From: Candidatus Eremiobacteria bacterium
Lineage (GTDB): Bacteria > Vulcanimicrobiota > Vulcanimicrobiia > Vulcanimicrobiales > Vulcanimicrobiaceae
Assembly: GCA_963737065.1 (NCBI GenBank)
Contig: CAVTRC010000001.1
Span: forward strand, 352,001 to 416,000
DNA: 64,000 nt
Direction of reading: 5' to 3'
The notes beneath the pieces were generated by a model. That model did no database searches and was not told where the DNA came from. It saw only the letters and a program-made list of their open reading frames with translations. Position numbers and translations under genes: made by a program. Position 1 is the stretch's first letter. Every line of letters starts with the position of its first letter. Positions 51,772-63,900 of this stretch are shown piece by piece.

Positions 51772-53842
51772 ATGTTGCAAACGATCGTTGCATCGCTTCT
51801 CCTTCTCGCTGCCGCGCCGGCCGCGGCCTCCCGCTTTTCGCTCGAGCAAATTCTCTCGTATCCGTTTCCGATGTCGCTGGTTCCTAGCGGCGACGGACGC
51901 ACGATCGCCTACCAGATCGATCAGCGGGGAGCCCGCAGCGTTTGGATCGCGCGGGCGCCGGATTACCGTCCGCAGCGCATCGCGAATTACGCGAACGACG
52001 ACGGACAAGCGGTGAGTTCACTGCAACTTTCGCGCGACGGAACGCGCCTGGTCTACACGCATGGAAATACCCAAAATCCGTCGCTCGACGTACGTCAGCC
52101 GCAACCGCATGTCGTCTCCGTTGATACGACGACCGGTACGCAAGTCGATCTCGGCGAAGGCTACGCGTCCGCCGTCTCTGCCGACGGCACGCGCGTGGCG
52201 TTTCTGCGCGACGCCGTTGTCTGGAGCGCTCCGGCGACAGGCAGCGCACCGGCTGCGCGCCTGTTTTATGACGCAGGTCGCGATCGCGACGTGCAATGGT
52301 CGCCGAACGGCGACGCGCTCGCGTTTGTCTCGGAACGCGGCGATCACGCCTTCATCGGCATTTACCGCAGCAACGCTCGGCCTTTGCAGTTTCTCGCTCC
52401 GTCGACCGGCAACGACACCGAACCGCGGTGGTCACCCGACGGCGGCAGCATTGTCTTCGCGCGTACGCCCGGCGCGGGCGGAGCCGTTGCGTCGCCGCTC
52501 GCAATGCCCGTTGTGCCGTGGTCGATCTGGATCGCGCGCGTTTCGGACGGCGCTGCGCATCGCGTCTGGTCGAGTGGAGATTCGTCGCGCGCATCGTTTC
52601 CGACGCAAGGCGGCGACGTCGATCTCACCTGGCTTGGCAATGACGCGATCGCCTTTTTAAGCGAAACGGATGGGTGGCCGCATATTTACGTCGTCGGCGC
52701 GCCGGGCGGCACCGCGCGGCGTCTGACATCGGGCGCGTACGCAGTGATCAGCATGGCGGCCTCACGCGACGGACATTCGCTTGAGTATGTGGCGAATACC
52801 GGCGCGCTCGCCGGCGATATCGATCGCTGGCATCTCTTTCGCGTCGATGCGCGGAGCGGACGCGTGAGCGCGATCACGCGGGGAACCGGTTCGCAATGGT
52901 GGCCGCTGCCGCTCGATGGCGGAGAGATCGCGTACGCGACCACGACAGCGCAGATGCCGCCGCTCGTCGCGGTCGCAAACGCCGACGGTACCCGCGAACG
53001 GCTCGTCGATGCGGCGCTGATACCGAGCGACTTCCCCGCGTCGTCGCTCGTGACACCAAATGACGTCACGTACCACGCGTCCGATGGAAGGCTGATTCAC
53101 GCGCAACTTTTCGCACGCCGTAGCATACGGCGTCGTCCGGCGGTCGTCTTCGTACACGGCGGACCGATGCGCCAGATGTTGCTCACATGGAGTCCGATGA
53201 GCTACTACGCGAACAGCTACGCAGTCGATCAATATCTCGTTAACCGCGGCTTCGCGGTGCTCTCCGTGAACTACCGGACGGGAACGGACTACGGCCACGA
53301 TTTCCACTATGCGGTGCGCGCCGGATGGACCGGCGCGAGCGAGTATCAGGACGTGCTCGCCGGCGCGCGATGGCTGCAGCAGCAACCGTCGATCGATCCG
53401 AACCGCATCGGCATCTGGGGCGGTTCGTGGGGCGGATATCTGACGGCGCTTGCACTCGCTCGGAACTCCGACGTCTTCAAGGCCGGCGTGGACTACAGCG
53501 GCGTGCACGACTTGATGCACGACGCGATCGCATATTTTCATGCGTACGGTGAAGGCGCCGACAACATCGACCTGCGTCCATGGCTCAAACTTGCGTGGAA
53601 CTCGTCACCGGAAGGCGCGCTGGCGACGTGGCGTTCACCGGTATTGCTCATTCAAGGCGATCAAGATCCCGATGTGGAGTTCCATCAAACGGTCGATCTC
53701 GGCAGCGCGGCTACAAGCGCGACACATTCCACACGACGTCATCGTCCTGCCCGACGAGGCACACACGTTCTTACGTTGGAGTTCCTGGCTGCGCGCGGAC
53801 AGCGCGGCAGTGAACTTCCTAAGGGAAAATCTCGACCCATGA
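51772..53842 (+). CDS. S9 family peptidase with beta-propeller (+1 frameshift near 53701)
   Basis: PD40-like WSP repeats, HGGP, GGSWGG, GDQDPDV; catalytic His (DEAH) lies in frame 53540-53842. Confidence 0.88.
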
Positions 53843-53857
53843 GCCCGGCGAACCGCG

Positions 53858-54710
53858 CTATATATCGCGCCGTTGAAATGAGATCGTCCCGGCGATAAGG
53901 ACGACGGCGAACCAAAACAGACACCACACGAAGAACGCGATCGGCGGCGGTGCAGCGGGAACGAGCGGATTCATTGTGTTCGATGCGGCCTCTGTCGCTC
54001 GCACGATTGCCGGCTGCATCGAAAACGACGCCGCGCGCCATAAACCGTCGCTCGGAATGATCAGGCTGATCGCGGTCGTCGCACTGAGCATGCTCGAGTT
54101 GTGAAAGTACGTCGCGAAGCTTCCTACGATACCGGCGATCCACGCGATACCGAAAAGCACCACGGTTACGAAGCCGGCCGCGATCGCGGAGAGCCGCACG
54201 CTAATCGCCATCGTCAACGTAAGCAAAACGAGACTCTGCGCAACGAGCAACACCAGCGTCTGCAGCGGATAAGGTGGCGAGATAACCCGTCGTCCAACGA
54301 ACCGCGGCGAATTCCAGCGCTCCAATCACGAACGCATATCCGGCGAGCAACACCGCATTCCCGAGCCACTTTCCGATAAGGATCTCCGCGCGGCGAATTG
54401 GACGCGGGACGATCGCAAGCAGCGTGCCGTTTTCAATCTCGGCTCCCGTGGAGAGCGCGCCGAGGAACGCCGCGGCGAGCGCGAGCACGAAGCTGAACAT
54501 AAACGCCATCATGATCTCGAGAACGCTGGAGGCCTCCAGCACATCGTGATGCGCGATGCGGTTGCCGCTCCCCGTATGCATTGTCGCGAGCGCATGGAAG
54601 CCAAACGCCGTGAGTGCAACGAGAACGACGGTAGCGATGGCCGCGGTCAGCACCAAGCGCCGGCGCGATGCCTCACGAAGCGTGAGTGACGCGATCAACA
54701 GCACGTTCAT
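53858..54710 (-). CDS. ABC-2 type permease (+1 frameshift near 54281)
   Basis: LTLREASRRR, EIENGTL...PIRR...GKW; C-terminal FQRRDI in the second frame. Confidence 0.85.
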
Positions 54711-55566
54711 GGCCGTTGTTGCTCCGTACGATTTCGAGAAACCGCTCTTCGAGTGTTTGGCGAACCGGTACGACGGCGACGATCTCCGCGCCGCGTTCGA
54801 CGTATTCGGCGACGATATGCGGAATCTGAGCGGTCGTCACGTCTTCGATCAATGCCACGGTTCCGTTGGCAAACGCGATACGCACCGCAGGCCGTCCGAG
54901 CAGAGCGTCCAGCGACCCAACGGAACGGATCGTCCCGTCCGTAATGATCGCGACGGAATCGCATACGGATTCGACTTCGGTTAGCAAGTGCGAGTTTAAA
55001 AAGACGGTCGTCCCGCGTGCTTTCAATTCAGCAACCAGCGTTCGCACTTCGGCACGTCCCAGCGGATCGAGCGCGGACGTCGGCTCGTCGAGAATCACTA
55101 ATTCGGGTGAGCCGAGCATCGCAACGGCAAGCCCGAGCCGCTGCTGCATTCCTTTAGAAAAGGCGCCGATCCGATCGTTTGATCGCGCAGACAATCCGAC
55201 GCGGTTCAACGCGTCGTCAATCTGCGGCGCGCGTTTGGAACGTTCGATACGAAGCACGGCCGCGTGCCATCCTAAAATCTCGCGCGCGGTCAGCCAGTCT
55301 TGATAACGAAAGAGCTCGGGCAGATATCCGATCCTGCGTCGCGCGTCGAGCGAACCCAGCGGTTTCTCGAGGATTGCACCGTCGCCCGATGACGGGCGCA
55401 CGAGGCCGAGGAGGATCTTCACCGCCGTCGTCTTCCCGGCGCCGTTTGGTCCGAGAAAGCCGAAAACCTCACCGCGCGCAACACGCACGGTGAGATTTTC
55501 AATGGCAGCGCGCTTTCCGTAGAACTTCGTGAGGTCGCGGGTTTCGATCGCGTATCGCTGCGTCAC
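54673..55566 (-). CDS. ABC transporter ATP-binding protein
   Basis: GPNGAGKTT, FSKGM, LDEPT, NSH. Confidence 0.95.
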   Translation of the reverse strand: MTQRYAIETRDLTKFYGKRAAIENLTVRVARGEVFGFLGPNGAGKTTAVKILLGLVRPSSGDGAILEKPLGSLDARRRIGYLPELFRYQDWLTAREILGWHAAVLRIERSKRAPQIDDALNRVGLSARSNDRIGAFSKGMQQRLGLAVAMLGSPELVILDEPTSALDPLGRAEVRTLVAELKARGTTVFLNSHLLTEVESVCDSVAIITDGTIRSVGSLDALLGRPAVRIAFANGTVALIEDVTTAQIPHIVAEYVERGAEIVAVVPVRQTLEERFLEIVRSNNGHERAVDRVTHAS

Positions 55567-56711
55567 GACGTCATTGAATTCGCGACCTTCGTCATTTCGT
55601 CTGCCGAGTAGCCGCCGATAACCCAATAAAACGTCCCGCCCGAGACCCACAGTACGATGCTTCCGACGCCGGTGTTGTCTCCGATCAGCAAACCGCGGGC
55701 GCCGTGAACGAGTACCGGTCGCGACGTCGACTTATCGATCGCAACCGGGATCGGCAGCGTCGACGCCGGATCGCGTATCGCACGGATCTGCGCCTTGACG
55801 TTCTGCGGAACGTTCGGCAACGAAAGGAGATACGACTCGATCGTATTGGCGCTCAACGACGTGGACCGAACGGCCGGAACCGGCCCCTGCGCGACGATGA
55901 TCGCATCGCGTGGGAACTCACGATCGCGCGGCGCATGTTTTCCGTGTCGTTGCTCCAGCCGCATGCCATACGATTGCACGACGAACGGTCCGAGTTCAGC
56001 GGTCAACGTCGCGCCGTCGAGGCCGGACGGCGGCGGCGGGAGCGTGAAGTGCTTGCGCGCGGCACTGGCGCGCGCTTTGCGCTCGTCGAACGTGAACCGC
56101 ACGACGTGAAGCGGCTCGATGCCGTATTCTACGGTGTGCGTAACACTGGCCGGCAGATACGCCGGACGCGAGAAGCTTTGATGCGCGAATTGACGCGCAG
56201 CGGCGAGTGACGAAAAGCGCTGCATTTTGCCGCGGTTGCTTTCGCGCACGGTTCCGAGTTCACTCAATTCAGGTGCGCTGTGTAGTTGTTCGAGATCCGC
56301 ATGCGTCACTGAAATGGGCGTCACTTCACGCGGTTGGAAGATCGTCAATACATTTTGCGCATAAGCGCGGAACGGTGCATACGAGAGGGCGAACGCAACA
56401 ATGAGCGCGGCTGCGATTGCGGAGAGCGGCCGCCAATCGCGCAGGCGCGCCGGCTTCGCTTCAGCCCGTAGGCCGACAGTGTGCGTACTGCGGCGTGACC
56501 GCGCGAGAATCGCTGCACGCGCCGACGTGGTATCTACCGGCTCTTCTGCAGTGCTGAGCGCGCGCGCCGCCGCGCGCGCGTTCGCACGCACCGCGTCGAG
56601 CGTTTGCCGGCAACGCAAGCATTGCACCAGATGCTCTTTCTCATAGGAAAGCAGCGCTTCAGGCTCATCGACGTAGCGCCGAAGAGCCGCATCATTCAAG
56701 TGACGAAACAT
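55563..56711 (-). CDS. Zn-finger (HxxxCxxC) membrane anti-sigma factor
   Basis: HLVQCLRC, single TM helix, extracytoplasmic domain; overlaps the sigma gene. Confidence 0.82.
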   Translation of the reverse strand: MFRHLNDAALRRYVDEPEALLSYEKEHLVQCLRCRQTLDAVRANARAAARALSTAEEPVDTTSARAAILARSRRSTHTVGLRAEAKPARLRDWRPLSAIAAALIVAFALSYAPFRAYAQNVLTIFQPREVTPISVTHADLEQLHSAPELSELGTVRESNRGKMQRFSSLAAARQFAHQSFSRPAYLPASVTHTVEYGIEPLHVVRFTFDERKARASAARKHFTLPPPPSGLDGATLTAELGPFVVQSYGMRLEQRHGKHAPRDREFPRDAIIVAQGPVPAVRSTSLSANTIESYLLSLPNVPQNVKAQIRAIRDPASTLPIPVAIDKSTSRPVLVHGARGLLIGDNTGVGSIVLWVSGGTFYWVIGGYSADEMTKVANSMTS

Positions 56712-57189
56712 CGCGTAGCTCCTTTTTGATCGCAGCTTCAGCGCGCAACAGTAAGACGCCGACGCGCTGAACCGGCACGTCGAGTATCACCGCAATTTCC
56801 TTATAAGAAAATCCGCTGTGCCGCAACGACAGCGCGGCCGCATAATTCGGTTTCAGTTTGCGTAGAGCTCGCGCAACGAGTTCGCGCATCTCGCTGCGCT
56901 CTACCAGCTCGAACGGCTGCGCCGCTTGATGGTACGGCTGAATCTGCCGTTCGCGTTCGCGTTGCCGTGTGTTGGTTTTCACGACATCGAAAGCGCGATG
57001 CGTTGCGGCGCGGTAGACCCAACGCTTGGCGTGCAATTGATCGTCTGGTCCCGCCCTGTACAGCGCCGCGAACGCTTCCTGAGCAATATCTTCGGCCGCT
57101 GCCCTCCCGGCGATACGACGTGCAAGCGCCAGCACGCCTCGATATTCGCTCTCGAAGATCGTATCAAACAGCCGGCGTTCCATGCGCAT
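56692..57189 (-). CDS. ECF RNA polymerase sigma factor
   Basis: AEDIAQEAF, WVYR, SYKEIA; start uncertain (57183/57189/57195). Confidence 0.9.
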   Translation of the reverse strand: MRMERRLFDTIFESEYRGVLALARRIAGRAAAEDIAQEAFAALYRAGPDDQLHAKRWVYRAATHRAFDVVKTNTRQRERERQIQPYHQAAQPFELVERSEMRELVARALRKLKPNYAAALSLRHSGFSYKEIAVILDVPVQRVGVLLLRAEAAIKKELRDVSSLE

Positions 57190-57206
57190 GTGCATTCCGT
57201 CTGTAG

Positions 57207-57233
57207 TACGCCGCGCGAGGCGAATTTATTACA
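57207..57233 (-). promoter_or_regulatory. ECF-type autoregulatory promoter
   Basis: TGTAAT-N17-CGTA just upstream of the sigma gene, resembling SigW/SigX-type motifs. Confidence 0.55.
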
Positions 57234-57252
57234 GCGACGACGGTTTCCAGGA

Positions 57253-57318
57253 ATAGAGATTATCTATACAATGCATTGATGCCATTGGCTTGGGCTTACC
57301 ACCGTCTCGTACTACGAT
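57253..57318 (+). promoter_or_regulatory. katG promoter with OxyR/LysR-type site
   Basis: ATAG-N7-CTAT-N7-ATTG upstream of TTGGGC-N17-TACGAT. Confidence 0.6.
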
Positions 57319-57379
57319 AAGAGCGGTGGCCCTCGCCGAGCTGCCTGTTCCATTTCGCCGAAAATGAGGAGATCGCGCC

Positions 57380-59585
<2,206 letters not shown>

Positions 59586-59605
59586 CTCGCTCGCAGCCGA
59601 ACACC

Positions 59606-59634
59606 AAGACGCCGGTGCGATGCGCCGGCGTCTT
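59606..59634. terminator. Hairpin between convergent katG and DUF4432 genes
   Basis: AAGACGCCGGTGC-gat-GCGCCGGCGTCTT. Confidence 0.65.
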
Positions 59635-59639
59635 CGCGT

Positions 59640-60626
59640 TCAACGGAACGAAAAGCGCACGTTGTATTCGCGCGTCTCGTTGGGCTGCAGGAATGGAAGC
59701 GTACCTGCTTTCGCTGCCGCGATCCGTCCTTCGATCGTGGGACAATTCGCCGGTTCGACCGCCATTACGTACGTCCGTGTCCCGAGCATTCTCCAAGAGA
59801 AACACGTTGATAATTCGCTTGCGCGAAATTCGACGCTGACCGTCCTTCCAAGTTGCGTGTTATCGAACGTCGCCGAGCACCAGCCGTCCAACCCACCTTC
59901 AACGGTATGAATGAACACCTGTTCCTTGAAGTTGGCTTGCGCGGAACCGCCTTCGTTCCAAGAATCGATGCCGGCGCGTGCAGCTTCGTCGCGTGGGACC
60001 GTCGTGCTGCGCGGAATATCGAGGCGCAAGTGCTCGTCGAGCATCGGGTATCCCATGTTGCAGTGATAGAGCAGCATGTGAGGCACCGGCGACGCGCCGA
60101 GGTTCGTAACGCGATCGCGCAGCGTCAGGGTGGTCCCGCGTAACGCCGCGCGCCACGACCGTTCGAGCTGTAACGATTCGCCGAACATCCGAATCTGCGA
60201 GATGACCCCGCGCAATTCCATATACGGTTCGGCGGCGGCGAAATTGTTATCGATCGCGACATCGTGTGCCGCAGTGTGGTTGATATGGCCGTGTTCGCCC
60301 CAGCTGCCGTATGCGTCGCTTCCGGCCGGCCCAAACGCCTCGAGTCCGCACGTGGTTACCAAGCCGCCGAAGAATCGCCGCTGAAACTCGTCATCATTGA
60401 GAGTCCCGGGGTGCGGCGGCAAGAGCGCACCGGGACCGTGCCACACGAGCGGCGTTCCTTCAAAGCTGCACCACGCGATATCCATGCAGCGATCGAGAAT
60501 CGCGAGAACATCGAGCCCGCCAAGCGTGCGAATGCGCGCGGCGCGCACCCCGTTCTCGAGACGCAACGGCGTGATGCCGCCGAGCTGATCGTCGCGAATA
60601 ACTCGCTGCACATCGGAAGAACTCAT
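59640..60626 (-). CDS. DUF4432 / aldose 1-epimerase-like protein
   Basis: DRCMDI, FFGGLVTTCG, HG, LYHCNMGYP, AVEP. Confidence 0.88.
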   Translation of the reverse strand: MSSSDVQRVIRDDQLGGITPLRLENGVRAARIRTLGGLDVLAILDRCMDIAWCSFEGTPLVWHGPGALLPPHPGTLNDDEFQRRFFGGLVTTCGLEAFGPAGSDAYGSWGEHGHINHTAAHDVAIDNNFAAAEPYMELRGVISQIRMFGESLQLERSWRAALRGTTLTLRDRVTNLGASPVPHMLLYHCNMGYPMLDEHLRLDIPRSTTVPRDEAARAGIDSWNEGGSAQANFKEQVFIHTVEGGLDGWCSATFDNTQLGRTVSVEFRASELSTCFSWRMLGTRTYVMAVEPANCPTIEGRIAAAKAGTLPFLQPNETREYNVRFSFR

Positions 60627-60634
60627 GAGCGGCT

Positions 60635-60964
60635 TTAGCCGCCGCCTGAATTGCCGCCGCAACGATAGTCGAGCGTCATGCTACACGCTTTCAGCGTCAC
60701 ATGCGTCGAACTTCCGTGCACCCGAACTTTCACCGTCTGCGGTGGTACATCGCGAGATGAAAACTCCAATGCATAGTCGCCATCCGGAACAGATCGAAGG
60801 ACGAAATGTCCATCGGCATCGCTGCGCGTTCGCAGCATATGCGAACCGTGCGTCACGGTTACCGTGACACCTTGAAGGGGCTGGCCGGTGGTCTTGTCCG
60901 TGATCGTGCCGCTCAACACTGCAAGCGCCGCCGCGATATATACGCTCCCTTGTCGGGCTAGCAT
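60635..60964 (-). CDS. Standalone carboxypeptidase-regulatory-like domain protein
   Basis: LSGTITDKTTGQPLQGVTV, SDADGHF, VPDGDY; C-terminal Cys pair; start uncertain. Confidence 0.7.
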   Translation of the reverse strand: MLARQGSVYIAAALAVLSGTITDKTTGQPLQGVTVTVTHGSHMLRTRSDADGHFVLRSVPDGDYALEFSSRDVPPQTVKVRVHGSSTHVTLKACSMTLDYRCGGNSGGG

Positions 60965-63900
60965 ATCTCTGCGAGCGCCTGCGCTTCCGTATACCGTGAA
61001 CCGATGTGGGCGTTCGTCGCCAATGCCTCGGGATGTAGTCGTTCCCGTAGAATGGCCATTAACCGCTGGTGCATGACGTCTTCGCACGCATCCGCCTGCC
61101 GCGGCGCGTGGACCACGCCGCAGCGCGCATCGCAGAACGCAATGAGGCGGCTCGCGCGCTGGTAATCGCCCACGCCGGCATAGAAGGTCGCCATCGCTTG
61201 GACCGCCCAGGTCAGGTTCGCCAACTGCCGCGTTCCCGTGACGAGTTCCAAACTTCTCGTCGCGGCGGACTTTGCGACGTTCCATTCATCGAGCGCCGCG
61301 GCATAGAACGCGAAATTCGTCAGCGCGAGCAACAGCAAGTCGTTCGAACCGGCGAGCTCGGCGTAGTGCACCGCTTCGCGTCCGAGCTCATACGCGCGGC
61401 GTTCGTCTCCGACGTAGAACTCGAAATCGCTTAACCACGTGATCGTAGAGCTTATTTGCGCGTCCGCCGCGTGCTGTTTGAGCAGCGCGATACTCTCCGC
61501 AAAATCGGCGCGTTTGCGTTCGACGTCGGCATTGTCGCGCGTCAACCCGAGCGTTCGTAAGGAAAACGCCAATTGAACGGGATCGTTCAGCCGGCGCGCG
61601 ATTTCGACCGACTCGAACGCGACCTCTTCACCGGTTGTGCGCTCTTCAGGAAAGTACCACGCTATCGTCTGCGCAAGCGCACGGTAGCCTTCGGCAAGAC
61701 CCGCTTCATCGCCGATTCGTTTGTATAGTTCTACGGCGCGTTCGCCCGCGGCGCGCATCTGCGGTGCGGTTCCGCTGCGCGCGTTCGCGCCGATAGCGAG
61801 GTACAGCCGCGCTTCGATCTCGGGATGTTCGTCGGGCGTAAGCAGCTTGAGTGCAGACGCAACCCAGTGGTCCGCTTCGGATCTCGCAGCGTGATGAAAG
61901 AATTGGACGGTCGCACCGGCAAGCGCTCCGCCGAGGACCGGATCGCGCGCGACGTCGAGCGACCAACGCAGCGCGCTGCGAAAGTTTTCGAGATCCGGCT
62001 CGAGATGCGCGATCCAATCGCTCGAACGCGTTTTACGATACACCGCATCGGCCCGTCGCGCGAGCGATAGATAATACTCCGCGTGGCGGCGGGCGATCGC
62101 GTCGCGTTCGCCGGATCGCTCTAACTCTTCGTCCGCGAACTCATGTGTTGACTCCAGCAAGCGATACCGGTTTTCGCTCGACCCGAAATCGTCCGCGATC
62201 AGCGATTTTCGAATCAAGCTCGCAACCGTGTCGAAAACGGGTTCTCCGGTATCGTCGAAACCACACACGTCGATCGCCGCGTCGAATGAAAAACTGCCGC
62301 GAAAGATCGCAAGGCGAGCGAATACGCGTCGCTCGCTCGTGGTGAGCAGTTCGTAGCTCCAATCAATCGCCGCGCGGATCGTCTGCTGGCGAATCGGCGC
62401 GGTGCGATCGCCTCCGGTCAGGATGCTGAGCCGTGCATGAAGGCGCGCGAGCAACTGCTCGAGCGACATAATCGCAATGCGCGGTGCCGCGAGCTCGATC
62501 GCCAGCGCAATTCCGTCGAGTTCACGGCAGATCGCGCTCACCGTCTCGGCGTTTTGAAGCGTCACCGCAAAGGTGGGCTGAACGGCGCGCGCGCGCTCGA
62601 CGAACAATTCCATCGCATCGTTCGGGCCCAGCAGCGGCAACCGATACAACGTTTCGCCGGCCGTGCTCAACGGCTCGCGGCTCGTCGCGATAATACTCAC
62701 GTCGGGACATACGCGCAGTAACTGCGCAACCGCCTTCGCCGCGCCTTCGATGACGTGTTCGCAGTTATCAAAGACGAGCAACGCACGCTTTTCGCGCAGC
62801 AGCTCCACGGCGCCGTCTTCCAGTTCGGCGATTCCGCCGGCGCCGATTGCCGAAGCGAGCGCGTGCGCCACGAGCGCACTGTCTTCAACGCGCGCGAGAT
62901 CGACGAAGAATGCGCCGTCGGGAAATCGGCTTGCGGCATCATTCGCCAGCTGAACCGCGATGCGCGTCTTCCCGGTCCCACCGGGTCCAGTGATCGTCAG
63001 CAATCGCGTCTGCGCGAAGAGCGCTTGCAGATCCCGCAGTTCGGCATGGCGACCAACGAGCCGGTTGAGTTGGACGGGAAGATTGCTCGGCCCCGCGGCC
63101 GTAATACGCCGCGCCGGTTCTGCATCCGACTCGTATGCCGTCGTCACGACGCGATTGCGCCCGCGCATCTTCGCTCGGTACAGCGAGTGATCGGCATGCT
63201 CGATCAGCTCTTCGAACCGTTGATCGGCTTCCGGAACGACTGCGGCAACACCAATGCTTACCGTTACGCGCCCAATCGACGAGCCGCCGTGCATGAGGGC
63301 CAAGGCGGCAACGCTTTCGCGCAGTGATTCAGCGAGGCTGATCGCGCCGCCCACGTCCGTGCCGGGCAACAGAACGGCAAACTCCTCGCCGCCGTAGCGC
63401 GCGACGACATCTCCATGCCGTTTCAGCGTCCCCGCAAACGCTTCGGCGACTTGGCGCAAGCACAGGTCGCCGGCTTGATGACCGTATGCATCGTTAAACG
63501 TCTTGAAGAAATCGATGTCGACCATGAGCAACGCAATCGACAAGCGCTCGCGCGTCGCTCGCGCCCATTCGCGGTCGACGGTCTCGTTGAACATTCGCCG
63601 GTTCGCGATCCCGGTGAGGGCATCGGTGAGCGCAAGCCGTTCGATCCTCTCGTGATTGCGTGACGATTGTTCCTGAAAGAGCCGCGTGCCGATGGAAAGC
63701 GCACACGATTCGAGCAGCAGCATCAGCTCCGCATCATAGTCGGGCGCGCCGTCGATGCTGATCGCGCCGAGCAGCGTGTCGCCGAAGCGGATCGGCATTG
63801 CGACGATACGTTCGTTTCTTTCGATCACCGTTGAGCCGGTCGCAAGCGCACGCGAAAGCGGAGAACCAGGGGCCAAGGAAATCGCGCCCGTTGTACCGTG

